A stretch of 64,000 bases of DNA, taken from Spirochaetia bacterium (GTDB lineage: Bacteria; Spirochaetota; Spirochaetia; SP-2023). The notes under the pieces were generated by a model. The model was not told the DNA's origin. It searched no databases and saw nothing but the letters and a program-made list of their open reading frames with translations. Within the stretch, counting starts at the first letter, position 1. Each line of letters opens with the position of its first letter. A program made the position numbers and the translations under genes. This document shows positions 29,505 through 39,342 of the stretch, one piece after another. Location of the stretch: assembly GCA_965263295.1 (NCBI GenBank), contig OZ253665.1, positions 1,248,001 to 1,312,000 on the forward strand, in the 5' to 3' direction.

Positions 29505-30401
29505 CTAGAACACGTTTTTCAGTTTGGGATCAAGGGCATCGCGCAGGGCATCGCCAAAGACATTTAAAGAGGCGAGAAAGAGGAACATGAAGAGGCTGGG
29601 GGCGATCATATTCTGCCAGTGTCCGGCCATGATTTCCATCTTGGAGAGATCGATCATGTGTCCCCAGGACGGGACGCCGATGATCGAAAGTCCCACATAG
29701 GCCAAGACGACTTCCGCCTTGATGACACCGACGAAATTCAAGACAAAGCGGACGATGACAAAGTGACTCACGTTGGGGACAATGTGCCGAAAAATAATCC
29801 GGGCATCGCCGGCTCCCAGATTCCTGGCGGCCAGAACATATTCATATTCCCGCGCCTGGATAAAGGCTCCTCGTATTACGCGTGCCAGTCCGACCCAACC
29901 GGTGGCGCCAAAGGCGAAGGCTATGACGACAAAGCTGGAACCCAGAACCTGCGTCAGGCTCAGGATTATGAGTAGGCTGGGTATGGAGTAAATTACGGTC
30001 ATGACGTAGGTAATGATGTCGTCTATCCAGCTGCCGTAGTAACCGGCCAAAGCTCCCAGGACAATGGCCATGGGAATCATGATCAGGCCGGTCGAGAATC
30101 CCAAAAAGAGAGCTATGCGCGAACCGATCAATGTCCTCGCCAGTATGTCGCGGCCAAAGCTGTCCGTTCCCATCGGGTGGGCCCAGTCGCTGAATGGCTG
30201 AACAAAGCGGTTATCGAGATTAAAGTCATAGGCCTTGTCTTGAAGCCCCGCCAAGTTGGAGAAACTTAAAAGCGCCATGAGTATATATAGCAAGACAATA
30301 GCCAGACAAACCATGGCCCAGCCGTTTCTTTGCAGACGCATCAGCGAGAGCTGCATCGGGGTCTTGCCCGCGTATCGGTTTACTGTTGCCACATTCGCCA
30401 C
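29505..30401 (-). CDS. oppC: Oligopeptide ABC permease
   Basis: HPMGTDSFGRD and the EAA loop EYVLAARNLGA. Confidence 0.92.
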   Translation of the reverse strand: MANVATVNRYAGKTPMQLSLMRLQRNGWAMVCLAIVLLYILMALLSFSNLAGLQDKAYDFNLDNRFVQPFSDWAHPMGTDSFGRDILARTLIGSRIALFLGFSTGLIMIPMAIVLGALAGYYGSWIDDIITYVMTVIYSIPSLLIILSLTQVLGSSFVVIAFAFGATGWVGLARVIRGAFIQAREYEYVLAARNLGAGDARIIFRHIVPNVSHFVIVRFVLNFVGVIKAEVVLAYVGLSIIGVPSWGHMIDLSKMEIMAGHWQNMIAPSLFMFLFLASLNVFGDALRDALDPKLKNVF

Positions 30402-31343
30402 CTAATTCAGCTTGATGCGTGGATCCACCACGGCGTAGAGTATGTCCGTCACGAGGGAGAAAAGCATGAAAAAAATAGTATAAATCAAAATCATCGCCTT
30501 CAGCACCGGCAGGTCGTAGCTGGCGATGGCCTGCATGGTGAGATCGCCGATGCCGGGTATGCTGAAGAAGCGCTCTAAAAGGAGAGACCCGGTCAACAGG
30601 AAAGGGATCTGCACCACCACCGCCGTCAGTATCGGGATCAGGGCATTCCTGAGCACATGCCGGAACATTATCTGCCGGTTGTTGACCCCCTTGGCCCGGG
30701 CCGTGCGGACGTAGTCCTTGTGTACTTCCTCCAGCAGAGCCGTTCTGAAAAAACGGATATCGGGGCCAATCGACACGACCACCCATAGTATCCAGGGCAG
30801 GATTAAAAACCGAATGGCCCCCAGTCCCTTTTCCCAGCCGGAAATGGGAAAGAGGCCCCACTGATAGGCCAGCAGATTCTGGCCTAGAATGATGAGGACC
30901 AGCATGGAAGTCGACATGCCCAGCACGGAAAGGACGGTGAAAAACCTGTCCAGAAAGCGTCCGCGGTAGAAGGCGCACAGGCAGGACAGCCCCAGGGATA
31001 TCACTATCTCAAAAAAGAATGCGGGAAAGGTCAGGGCCGCCGAATAGGGCACATGGCGTTTTATCAGAGTGGAGATTGGCAGTTTTCTTGATTCAGATTT
31101 GCCGAAATCAAGGGTCATCATCCGTTTGACCATATCCATATATTGAATGAACAAAGGCTTGTCCAAGCCGTATTTATGGCGGTAAAAATCAATCTTGTCG
31201 GCGGAGCGGGCCTTCTTGGGCAACATGTTGTAGAGGTATTTTTCATTCCCTCCGACTACATTAAAGATCAGAAAGAAGATGAGTGCCACACCCAAAAGGG
31301 TCGGAATCAGGTAGAGCACCCTGCGGATGACGTAATTCAACAT
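30402..31343 (-). CDS. oppB: Oligopeptide ABC permease
   Basis: YGLDKP, DYVRTARAKG and YAVVDPRI. Confidence 0.92.
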   Translation of the reverse strand: MLNYVIRRVLYLIPTLLGVALIFFLIFNVVGGNEKYLYNMLPKKARSADKIDFYRHKYGLDKPLFIQYMDMVKRMMTLDFGKSESRKLPISTLIKRHVPYSAALTFPAFFFEIVISLGLSCLCAFYRGRFLDRFFTVLSVLGMSTSMLVLIILGQNLLAYQWGLFPISGWEKGLGAIRFLILPWILWVVVSIGPDIRFFRTALLEEVHKDYVRTARAKGVNNRQIMFRHVLRNALIPILTAVVVQIPFLLTGSLLLERFFSIPGIGDLTMQAIASYDLPVLKAMILIYTIFFMLFSLVTDILYAVVDPRIKLN

Positions 31344-31441
31344 GGCCAGTTTCTCCCAATATCAGTAACTTGCCGCTTGGCGGTTTGACACCCCTGTTTT
31401 CGAGTTGGGGGACCCCAAAAACAGCGGCGTCCTCTGAATGC

Positions 31442-33235
31442 CTACGAGCCCGTCTTTTGTTTTCTTTGGGCACTGTCTATGTCCATAAATTTCGCGTATC
31501 CCAATCCGATCTCCCGGTGGCAACGGGTTTTTACCCAAGGGTGCACCAAGGCGTAAGAGAGGCGATGGACCCCCATTATCAACGGCACATCCTCGGCGGC
31601 CAGCTGTGCGGCGCGGGCGTACAACGCATCCCGCGCGGGGCCCTGCTGCATGCTGGCGGCCTCCTCGTAGAGGGCGTCGAATTCGGGGTTGGCGTAGTTG
31701 CTATTATTCGGGCCGGGGGCCGCATTCTGGCTATAATGCATCTGGATGAAGTTCTGGGCGTCCGGATAATCGGCGCCCCACCCCATGCCGCCGATTTCGA
31801 TATTGTGGCTGTCAATGGTTTCCAAGAAGGTCGGCCAGTCACCGGGGACGGCTTCCACTTTAATCCCAATGGCGGCCATGTTCTCGATGAAAAACTCCAC
31901 CATCTGCTTGTCGGTGCTGGAATTGTTGTACATCTGGTATTTCAGCACGGGCAGCCCCTCCCCGTCGGGGAAGCCGGCCTCCGCCAGCAGCTCCGCGGCC
32001 CTTTGCGGGTCGTAGGTGGCGTAGGGGTTGCGGTAATCCGCATCGTAACCGCCGACTCCCGGCGGCACGATGGTCTGGGCGGCAATGCTGCGGTTATTGT
32101 AGAAAATCTCCTCGATTTTCTCGTGATTCAATGCCAGGGACATGGCCTGCCGCAATTTGGGATTGTCGCGGAAAACCGGCAGATCCATATTAAAAAAAGT
32201 ATAGGTGACATCCAGCAGCGGGTTTATATCCAGCCATATCCCCTGCTCCTTCATCTCCGGAGACAGTTCGCCGCCAATCACGGCCGTCGCGAAGTTATCC
32301 TTGGGGATGCCGCTCACATCCAGCTCGCCGTTGAGGAATTTCAGCCACTGCACGCTGGATTCCGGAATGACATGATAGACGACTGTGTCACAGAAGGGCA
32401 GCTGGCGCCCCTCGTACTCCTCTAGCACTTTCATTCCCAGTCTTTGCCGGGCCTTGGAACCCGCCTCGGAGGCCGCGGGAAAGGTCTTGCTGCGATAATG
32501 CGGATTGGCCTGCAGCACGTGCTGCGAACCGGGGATGGACTCGGTGTGATCGTAGTAATAGGCGCCGGTGCCGATCGGATAATTGGCAAAATCCTCGGCA
32601 CCGTAGAAATCCAGCGCCTCCTGTGCCACGGGCATGCTCGCACTCATGGCCAGGGTATAAAGGATCTGGGGATAGGGTGCACTCAAAACCAATTGGATGG
32701 TATAGTCGTCGAGCGCCTTGAAGCCTTCCACAGGGCTAGCGTAGTCGGCTCCGGCCTCGGCCCACTCGTTCAGCCCCTGAATTCTGCCGTCGAAGAGCCA
32801 CCAGCTGTCGGCCTTGTTGGCCGGGTCGGCGAGTCTCTTCATCGATAGAACAAAGTCGTGGGCATTGACCGGCCTGCCCTTGCCTTCAGGAAAGACCTCG
32901 CCGAGAGGATCGTAAAAATGGGCATCCTGCCTGAGTTGAATGGTATAAGTCAGGCCGTCCGCGGAAACTTCGGGCATGGAGAGGGCGATCTGCGGTTCCA
33001 GCTCATAGTCGTCAGTGGTGTATTTGTAAGCGTAGAGGGCCTCAGCGATCTGCCCAAAAACTGTGTTTGTGTATTTATCGCCAATCCGCGCGGGATCAAA
33101 GGGCTCAATTTTGCCGAGTAAATAACTGTTAAGCGTTTTTTCTGGCTCCTTTGGCTCCTTTTCACAGGAAAAGAGCGCTGCGGCCAAGATGGTCATGGAA
33201 CAATACATGGACAATACACGCAAAAAATTTTTCAT
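31442..33235 (-). CDS. oppA: Family 5 (peptide/nickel) ABC substrate-binding lipoprotein
   Basis: SD GAGGAGG, lipobox LFSC, DGLTYTIQLR, PIGTG and GWGADYPD. Confidence 0.92.
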   Translation of the reverse strand: MKNFLRVLSMYCSMTILAAALFSCEKEPKEPEKTLNSYLLGKIEPFDPARIGDKYTNTVFGQIAEALYAYKYTTDDYELEPQIALSMPEVSADGLTYTIQLRQDAHFYDPLGEVFPEGKGRPVNAHDFVLSMKRLADPANKADSWWLFDGRIQGLNEWAEAGADYASPVEGFKALDDYTIQLVLSAPYPQILYTLAMSASMPVAQEALDFYGAEDFANYPIGTGAYYYDHTESIPGSQHVLQANPHYRSKTFPAASEAGSKARQRLGMKVLEEYEGRQLPFCDTVVYHVIPESSVQWLKFLNGELDVSGIPKDNFATAVIGGELSPEMKEQGIWLDINPLLDVTYTFFNMDLPVFRDNPKLRQAMSLALNHEKIEEIFYNNRSIAAQTIVPPGVGGYDADYRNPYATYDPQRAAELLAEAGFPDGEGLPVLKYQMYNNSSTDKQMVEFFIENMAAIGIKVEAVPGDWPTFLETIDSHNIEIGGMGWGADYPDAQNFIQMHYSQNAAPGPNNSNYANPEFDALYEEAASMQQGPARDALYARAAQLAAEDVPLIMGVHRLSYALVHPWVKTRCHREIGLGYAKFMDIDSAQRKQKTGS

Positions 33236-33492
33236 ACTTGCCTCCTCTATGCAAGAATTACACACGAATTCTGATTATAGAATTTAATCGCCAGAATTTA
33301 TTCAATCAGGTATTTTGTAGTCAGACGAGCAAATTAATTATTTAATTATTGATTTTGTATTTATTTTGCCTACCGCGCAATATCCGGCAATAGAGGCCGC
33401 ATAAAAACCTTGACCATAGGCGGCAAAAAGCATCAAGCCGAACAGGCTCAGCGAGCCGTCAGGCAAAATCCTAATCAGGCGGAAAATTATAA

Positions 33493-34623
33493 TCAGATTT
33501 TCGGCTTTTTGTACATAGCCTTAAGCCGTTTTTCTAGCGGTGCCAGCAACGGTGCCAGCAATGGATAGATGCCTAGGCCCTTGCTGAGGCGCTTACAAGC
33601 AACCATAAACCGACGCATGCGTGGCTGTGGGAGGGCCAGGCGAATCCTTTTATCTCCCAGAGCTCGCATGACTTCAGTCCATGCAGAAGCCAGCGCTTCT
33701 TCCGCCTCTTGGCGCAAGCCAAACGTATCCGCAGCTTCTAGCCACCAAGAAATGGCCCTGGGTTCCAGCCCTTTTGCCCTGATCTGATAAAAGAATCTTT
33801 GTTTCTGCCATTGCACAATTTGATGGTGCATCCGCTCTACATACATGGCATATTCCCTGTGCTGGGCAAAAAATGTCTTCCAGGCCCACAGAAGCTGCAT
33901 ACCGCAGTGCACAGTTTCTTGCGACAGGGAGCTATGCTTGGAGCGGTTCATGATAGACGCTTGATGCTGGCGATAATTGACTATTATTTTATCGATGATC
34001 ACATATTTTTGGCACAGAGCCAGCAGTTCCAAAATAATGTACGAATCGACCGAAAAGGCCCGGCGCTTCTGCCACGGCGGGCGTACGGCACTCTGGCCCT
34101 TCCATAAATTCGTCTTGTAAATCTTGCCCCAGGTCCGGCCGGCAATCTGCCCCGCAAAATAGGCTGAGAAGGCCTGCAAATTGTCGAAGACCTGCACCGG
34201 CTCTGCCGAGTCGGGATATACCACATTCAAAACCCTGCCGTCGTCCGCGGCAATTTCATTGTAGTAGGCCTGGACGATATCGGCGTCGTGCTGCACAATG
34301 GCCTCATAGAGTACCTGGCAGGCGTCTGGCAGCAAAGTATCGTCGCTGTCCAAAATCATTAGGTACTCGGCACTGGCCCTTTCGACGCCCGTAATGCAGG
34401 CTTCGTCCATGCCGGCATTTTCTGGGTGCTTCAAGGCGATGATCCGCGAATCCTTTGCGGCATATTCTTCGATAATTGCCTGCGAAGCATCCGGCGAGGC
34501 ATCGTTGACAAGAATAATTTCCAGTTCGCGCAAACTCTGGCACAACAGGCTGTCAATACATTGGCGCAGATATTTTTCCACATTGTAGACGGGAATGACA
34601 ATGCTGAGCTTGGCGCAATTCAC
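33493..34623 (-). CDS. Glycosyltransferase family 2
   Basis: SIVIPVYNVEKYL, VNDASPD and LDSDD. Confidence 0.92.
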   Translation of the reverse strand: MNCAKLSIVIPVYNVEKYLRQCIDSLLCQSLRELEIILVNDASPDASQAIIEEYAAKDSRIIALKHPENAGMDEACITGVERASAEYLMILDSDDTLLPDACQVLYEAIVQHDADIVQAYYNEIAADDGRVLNVVYPDSAEPVQVFDNLQAFSAYFAGQIAGRTWGKIYKTNLWKGQSAVRPPWQKRRAFSVDSYIILELLALCQKYVIIDKIIVNYRQHQASIMNRSKHSSLSQETVHCGMQLLWAWKTFFAQHREYAMYVERMHHQIVQWQKQRFFYQIRAKGLEPRAISWWLEAADTFGLRQEAEEALASAWTEVMRALGDKRIRLALPQPRMRRFMVACKRLSKGLGIYPLLAPLLAPLEKRLKAMYKKPKI

Positions 34624-34833
34624 AAGCAGACCTTAGCGCGTCACAAACTGCACGAACGGAAACAGAGGGGCAAACATTTTCGCATTGTTGGATTATCTGC
34701 AGATTTCGTCAAGCCCTGCGGCAGCAAGGTGGCGGCAAGTGCCGCAAAAGATCTGACGGGCCCGAAAAAATGATGTAGAAAAAAATACAGTATAAAAAAT
34801 GAAATACAATATAACATAATTGGGAAAACACAC

Positions 34834-34876
34834 TTGACCAAATCTGGCCACATCAATAATATTAATTATCATTTTC
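34834..34876 (+). promoter_or_regulatory. Sigma70 promoter overlapped by a Fur-like box
   Basis: TTGACC-17 nt-TAATAT (34834-34862). AATATTAATTATCATTTTC (34858-34876) matches the 19-bp Fur consensus GATAATGATAATCATTATC at 14/19 positions. Confidence 0.65.
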
Positions 34877-34904
34877 ATAATTTTATTTTATAAAAGGTTA
34901 TTTC

Positions 34905-35921
34905 ATGAAAAGGCAAATTCTGATCGCCCTCGCAATCGCTGGATTGTTTCTGGTCGTTAATCAAGCCAATGCCAAAGGCCGGGCAGTTTCACAATCAAAA
35001 AAAGACACCAAAATCGCCAAAGTTCCTCAAATTGAGCTGGCAAGCCCGTTTGCACCGCTCGTCATGCCGATGGCGTATATTGTCGAAAACGGCCTACTCG
35101 GCGATGTCGCCGAAAAAACTGAACTGAAAATCTGGAATACGCCCGATCAGCTTCGCGCCATGTTGACAACAGGCGCCGTCGATTTTGCCGCCGTTCCAAG
35201 TAACGTTGCCGCAATTTTCTATAACAAAGGCGTCGCCCTAAAGATGGTGGATATCTCAATCTGGAAAGTGATGTATATCGTCAGTTCCAATCTGCAGATA
35301 GATTCCCTTGCCGACCTGAAAGGACAAGCCATCTCCGTTCCGTTCCGCGGTGACCAGCCCGACTTGATTTTCCAAACCGTCGCGCAAAGTCAGGGATTTG
35401 ATCCTCTACGCGATTTCACGATCCAATATGTCAGTTCTCCGCTGGACATCACCATGGGGCTCTTGGGCGGTCAAATCAAAAACGCCCTGTTAATTGAACC
35501 TGTCTCTTCCATGGTCATTATGAAAGGCAAACGCAAGGGAATGAGATTTGAGCGCGTTATTGATTTACAAAAAGAGCTGGGCAAAATTGACGGCTGGAAA
35601 AATCGTTTCCCGAATGCGGGCGTCGCGGCCCTGCCGTCGGTTATAAAAAGACCAGAGGTGCTTGAGGCCTTTGCCAGCGCCTACGAAAAAGCCGTGAAAT
35701 GGACGGTCGAAAATCCCGCGCAGGCGGCGAAACTGGCAGAGCAATACGTGCCCGGCGTCAACGCCGCGGCGTTTGAAGAGTCCTTGAAGCACACCGATTT
35801 TCAGGCAATTCGTTCCCGCGCGGTCAAGGCCGAACTTGAAACCATGTTCAAGGCATTTTTGCAGCTGAATCCGAAATCTGTCGGTGAAAAGTTGCCCGAC
35901 GACGGATTTTACTATCCGTAA
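34905..35921 (+). CDS. ABC substrate-binding protein, NitT/TauT (SsuA/NMT1-like) type
   Basis: Signal peptide (ANA-K), W.TPDQLRA, PSNVAA.FYNKG, VPFRGDQPD and LPDDGFY. Confidence 0.85.
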   Translation: MKRQILIALAIAGLFLVVNQANAKGRAVSQSKKDTKIAKVPQIELASPFAPLVMPMAYIVENGLLGDVAEKTELKIWNTPDQLRAMLTTGAVDFAAVPSNVAAIFYNKGVALKMVDISIWKVMYIVSSNLQIDSLADLKGQAISVPFRGDQPDLIFQTVAQSQGFDPLRDFTIQYVSSPLDITMGLLGGQIKNALLIEPVSSMVIMKGKRKGMRFERVIDLQKELGKIDGWKNRFPNAGVAALPSVIKRPEVLEAFASAYEKAVKWTVENPAQAAKLAEQYVPGVNAAAFEESLKHTDFQAIRSRAVKAELETMFKAFLQLNPKSVGEKLPDDGFYYP

Positions 35922-35949
35922 AGTTTTTTTCACTCTTTGAGACATAAGC

Positions 35950-36735
35950 TTGCTGGATGGCAATATGGACGAACAAAGAACCGAGTTATGGGCATCGCGA
36001 AAATTGTGGGCGTGCATTGGCGCTGCGGGTGTGTTGTTTGCCTGGTGGCTGTTATCGCTGTCCTTTAGCGATTTGATCGTCGCCTCGCCCTGGCAGACTG
36101 TCGCCGGGCTTGTGGGTCTTTTGAGTACAGTCGATTTCTACCGCGATTTCTTCATTACCTTGCAGCGATTCGCCCTTTCCTTGTTTTTCGGCGTTTTCTT
36201 CGGAATTACCTTCGGCGTCCTGGCCGGGTTGGAGAAACGGCTAAAATGGTTATTCGCACCACTAAACTGGATATTGATGACCATGCCGCCTGTGGTCTTG
36301 GTTATGCTCAGTATGCTGTGGTTTGGCATGGGCGGCTTTCAGACGATTTTTGTCACCACCTTGCTGATTTTTCCGATGATCTACGCCAATACGATGGCTG
36401 GAATTGAGTCTGTCGATCCCGATCTGCTCGAAATGGCCCGCATCTACCGTGCGGGCCGCGTTCGAATGATTCGTGAGATTTATTTTCCCGGCATTTATGC
36501 GCCACTGTTCGCTGCCTTGTCCCTGTCGGCCGGTATGGGCATGCGCATTGTTGTGCTGGCCGAAGTTCTGGGCGCGAGTAGCGGGATTGGTTATGCCTTC
36601 TCCTTATCGCGGACAAACGTCGACACCCCCAGCCTTTTTGCCTGGATCATTGTCTGCCTGTTCGTCGGTGGCGGCATCGACGGGATCTTGTTCACACCCA
36701 TAAAAAACCGCGTTTTGCGCTGGAAAGAGTTATAA
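35950..36735 (+). CDS. ABC permease, NitT/TauT type
   Basis: Multiple TM helices, EAA-like LLEMARIYRAG and VVLAEVLG. The start is probably ATG 35965. Confidence 0.88.
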   Translation: MLDGNMDEQRTELWASRKLWACIGAAGVLFAWWLLSLSFSDLIVASPWQTVAGLVGLLSTVDFYRDFFITLQRFALSLFFGVFFGITFGVLAGLEKRLKWLFAPLNWILMTMPPVVLVMLSMLWFGMGGFQTIFVTTLLIFPMIYANTMAGIESVDPDLLEMARIYRAGRVRMIREIYFPGIYAPLFAALSLSAGMGMRIVVLAEVLGASSGIGYAFSLSRTNVDTPSLFAWIIVCLFVGGGIDGILFTPIKNRVLRWKEL

Positions 36736-37377
36736 ATGATCGTTCTCGAAAAAGTCTATAAATCCTTTCAGGGAAAAACTGTGTTGGACAACGTTTCACT
36801 GCAATTGCTCAAGGGGCAGAGAGTTGGTCTGCTGGGTTCGTCCGGTGCCGGAAAAAGCACGATACTCAATCTGATTGCTCAAGTTCGCCAACCCGATTCC
36901 GGTCGCTGTTCAATTGCCGAGCGGCAACGTATCGCTTACGTTTTCCAGGAGCCTCGCCTGCTGCCCTGGAGAACCGCGCTGGAGAATGTATTGTTCGCCC
37001 TGGCCACCCTGGGAGAAAATGATAAGCGAAAGAAAAGGAAACAAATCGCACACGAAGCGTTAAGCGCCGTCGGCTTGAACGATGCCACCGCTCGCTTCCC
37101 CGGCCAATTGAGCGGTGGCATGTGTCAACGCGTTTCCATCGCCCGCGCTCTGGCCATACGGCCGGATATTCTGCTCCTTGACGAGCCGTTCAGCGCCCTT
37201 GACCAAAAACGCAAACAGTATTTGCTGGCAGACTTGAAAGATATGTTGCAATCCCGCCCCGGAATGACGGTTCTCTACGTCACCCATCATCCTGACGAGT
37301 TGCATGGCATTGTCGATGAAACGTACACGATTGAGAACGGGCGCCTCGCGCGGCAAGTTGCCTCAACACACTTGTAG
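36736..37377 (+). CDS. ABC ATPase, NitT/TauT type
   Basis: GSSGAGKS, FQEPRLLPW, LSGGMCQR and LDEPFSALD. Confidence 0.92.
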   Translation: MIVLEKVYKSFQGKTVLDNVSLQLLKGQRVGLLGSSGAGKSTILNLIAQVRQPDSGRCSIAERQRIAYVFQEPRLLPWRTALENVLFALATLGENDKRKKRKQIAHEALSAVGLNDATARFPGQLSGGMCQRVSIARALAIRPDILLLDEPFSALDQKRKQYLLADLKDMLQSRPGMTVLYVTHHPDELHGIVDETYTIENGRLARQVASTHL

Positions 37378-37391
37378 TACAGGAGAAATCT

Positions 37392-37724
37392 GTGAAAACA
37401 ATAAAAAATTGTCCGACCGAAGTGGCCAAAAGTTTGGCTTCCCTAATCGAATACGAGGCCAAGCAAGTTGTGAGCATGGCACTCACCAATTCCGAACATG
37501 TGCAGATATCAATGTTCACGTTTGCCGATGGCGAAATGGTCAGCAGCGAGTCCTACGTGGGGGACACCCTGTATCTGCTTATTGAGGGGGCAACGAAGAT
37601 CACCATAGGTGAACAAAGCATCCCCCTGCGGGCCGGCGAGCTCTTTGCGGTAGGCGCCGGCGAATACCATTCTATCGGCGGCACTCAGGCGTTCAAAATG
37701 ATGCAAATAACCATAAACAGTTAG
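37392..37724 (+). CDS. Cupin-domain protein lacking the first metal-binding His
   Basis: F.FADGE.VSSE...GD.LY.LIEG...H; SD AGGAG. Confidence 0.85.
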   Translation: MKTIKNCPTEVAKSLASLIEYEAKQVVSMALTNSEHVQISMFTFADGEMVSSESYVGDTLYLLIEGATKITIGEQSIPLRAGELFAVGAGEYHSIGGTQAFKMMQITINS

Positions 37725-37779
37725 GCAAAATGGCAAGAAAAACAGAAGAAAAATAAAAGGAAAACAAAAGGAGGAAACA

Positions 37780-38133
37780 ATGAGTACGAACACGAGCACT
37801 CAATTGATTCAAAATATCGAGCAGGCAAAGGTCCACGATCTTGCCGGCATGATTGATTACAAAGCGGGCAAACTGGCGAGTTTGACCCTGGCGCAACAAA
37901 AAGGCGCCGGCATGACCCTGTTCGCCATAGACAAGGGGGAGGGCTTGAGCCCCCATAGTGCGCCCGGCGATGCATTTGCACAAGTCCTTGAAGGTGTCAT
38001 GGAAATGACCATTGACGGTCAGGCGCACACGCTAAAGGCCGGGCAAGTCATTGTCATGCCGGCCAATATCACGCATGCCGTGCGAGCCGTGGAACGATGT
38101 AAATTCCTGCTCTTCTTAGTCAAGTCCGAATAA
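37780..38133 (+). CDS. Cupin-domain protein
   Basis: TLFAIDKGEGLSPHSAPGDA...VLEG...MPANITHAV; SD GGAGG. Confidence 0.9.
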   Translation: MSTNTSTQLIQNIEQAKVHDLAGMIDYKAGKLASLTLAQQKGAGMTLFAIDKGEGLSPHSAPGDAFAQVLEGVMEMTIDGQAHTLKAGQVIVMPANITHAVRAVERCKFLLFLVKSE

Positions 38134-38252
38134 AATCCGGCTGAGATCCAGGTACAATCCGCGCGAATTCTGTGCCCTGAGGCAATCGGCATGAGGCCGT
38201 TTCCCGGCATTTGTCGCGGTGATAACGCGAAATTCTTCCATATGACAAGGAC

Positions 38253-39326
38253 ATGCTCATGAACCATTTATCTGCTGCCGCGTCCGACAAGCTTGTGGGC
38301 TATGTCGCGGTCGATACCAGTAATGAAGAGTCAAAACGCCATTTTGAACATATATTGAGCCAGTTGCGCACCTGCGGCTGGGAAATTGGCGGCAAGGCTT
38401 GTCACATTGAGCTTGCCGCGGCCGATGGCGTAAACGTGCAAACCTTGGAAAAAGCGACAATCATTCGTTGTGAAACGGCGGGTGAAAGCGAGTGCTTTAA
38501 GGCAATCAGCGCAGACGCATTCGCCATTCTGACTAGTCTGGGCGGCGGTGGAATGGAACAGGTCTTGGCACAAAGTATCGAAGATGAGCTGATCGTCGAT
38601 AAAGTGCTTGTCGGTTTGAACTGGAGCATGGTGCGTGCGGGGGAGCTGTGCGGCATTGCCCGCAGCCCGGCCCGCGGCACCGAAGGCGCACGCACGATTC
38701 GCCCCGAAGAAGGCTTGGCCGGTAAAAGCCTCAAACAGATGGCCAACTACCTGTGTTCGTCCGACCCCTTGCAACGTTCACTGGGACTCGCGGCCGTCAA
38801 TGCCTACTGGAACCGCCCTCGGCCACTTGACGAGACGAAAAAGTGGATGCGAGAAAAAGGTGGTTTTTCTGCGCTAGCCCCGCCCGGCGATGGTCTTGTC
38901 ATTGTCGGCGGATTTCGCGAGGCAGCGCGGAGACTGCCCGCCGCCCGCATTGTAGAACGCGAACCCAAGCCGGGAGATATCCCCGTCGCCGAGGCGCCGG
39001 CGGCTTTTGCCCAGGCAAAACAACTGGCGATCACTGCGCAAACCCTGATGAACGGCAGCCTGGAGCCAATCCTCAAGTCCAGTCAGATGGTGCCCTACCG
39101 TATGTTGATAGGGCCGAGTGCACCCCTTTGCCCCCGTCTTTTCGACTATGGTCTCGACGAAATCAGCGGCGCGGTGGTGATTGACCCAGAAGCTACGGAA
39201 CAATTCATCCTTGAAACCGGCACGATGGTCATGCTTGAGCATCTGATGAAAAAAATATATCTGCGCTCGCCCAATGTTCCAGTGCCAGGTTCCAGCGCCG
39301 GAGAACGGAATTGCCTGACGGGTTGA
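38253..39326 (+). CDS. DUF4213/DUF364 Rossmann-like protein with an N-terminal extension of about 100 aa
   Basis: VGLNWSMV..G.CGIA, RSLGLAAVNAYWN, IVGGF, IVEREP..GD.P, ITAQTLMNGSL and LIGPSAPL. Confidence 0.8.
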   Translation: MLMNHLSAAASDKLVGYVAVDTSNEESKRHFEHILSQLRTCGWEIGGKACHIELAAADGVNVQTLEKATIIRCETAGESECFKAISADAFAILTSLGGGGMEQVLAQSIEDELIVDKVLVGLNWSMVRAGELCGIARSPARGTEGARTIRPEEGLAGKSLKQMANYLCSSDPLQRSLGLAAVNAYWNRPRPLDETKKWMREKGGFSALAPPGDGLVIVGGFREAARRLPAARIVEREPKPGDIPVAEAPAAFAQAKQLAITAQTLMNGSLEPILKSSQMVPYRMLIGPSAPLCPRLFDYGLDEISGAVVIDPEATEQFILETGTMVMLEHLMKKIYLRSPNVPVPGSSAGERNCLTG

Positions 39327-39342
39327 CTAGGTATCGCAACCG

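Noticed and set aside
31370..32425. 351-aa plus-strand ORF
   Set aside because: It is the antisense shadow of GC-rich oppA and has no recognisable motifs.
38134..38252. Molybdenum-cofactor or cobalamin riboswitch before the DUF364 gene
   Set aside because: Only small hairpins are visible; I could not identify the conserved core motifs by eye. An Rfam scan would settle it.
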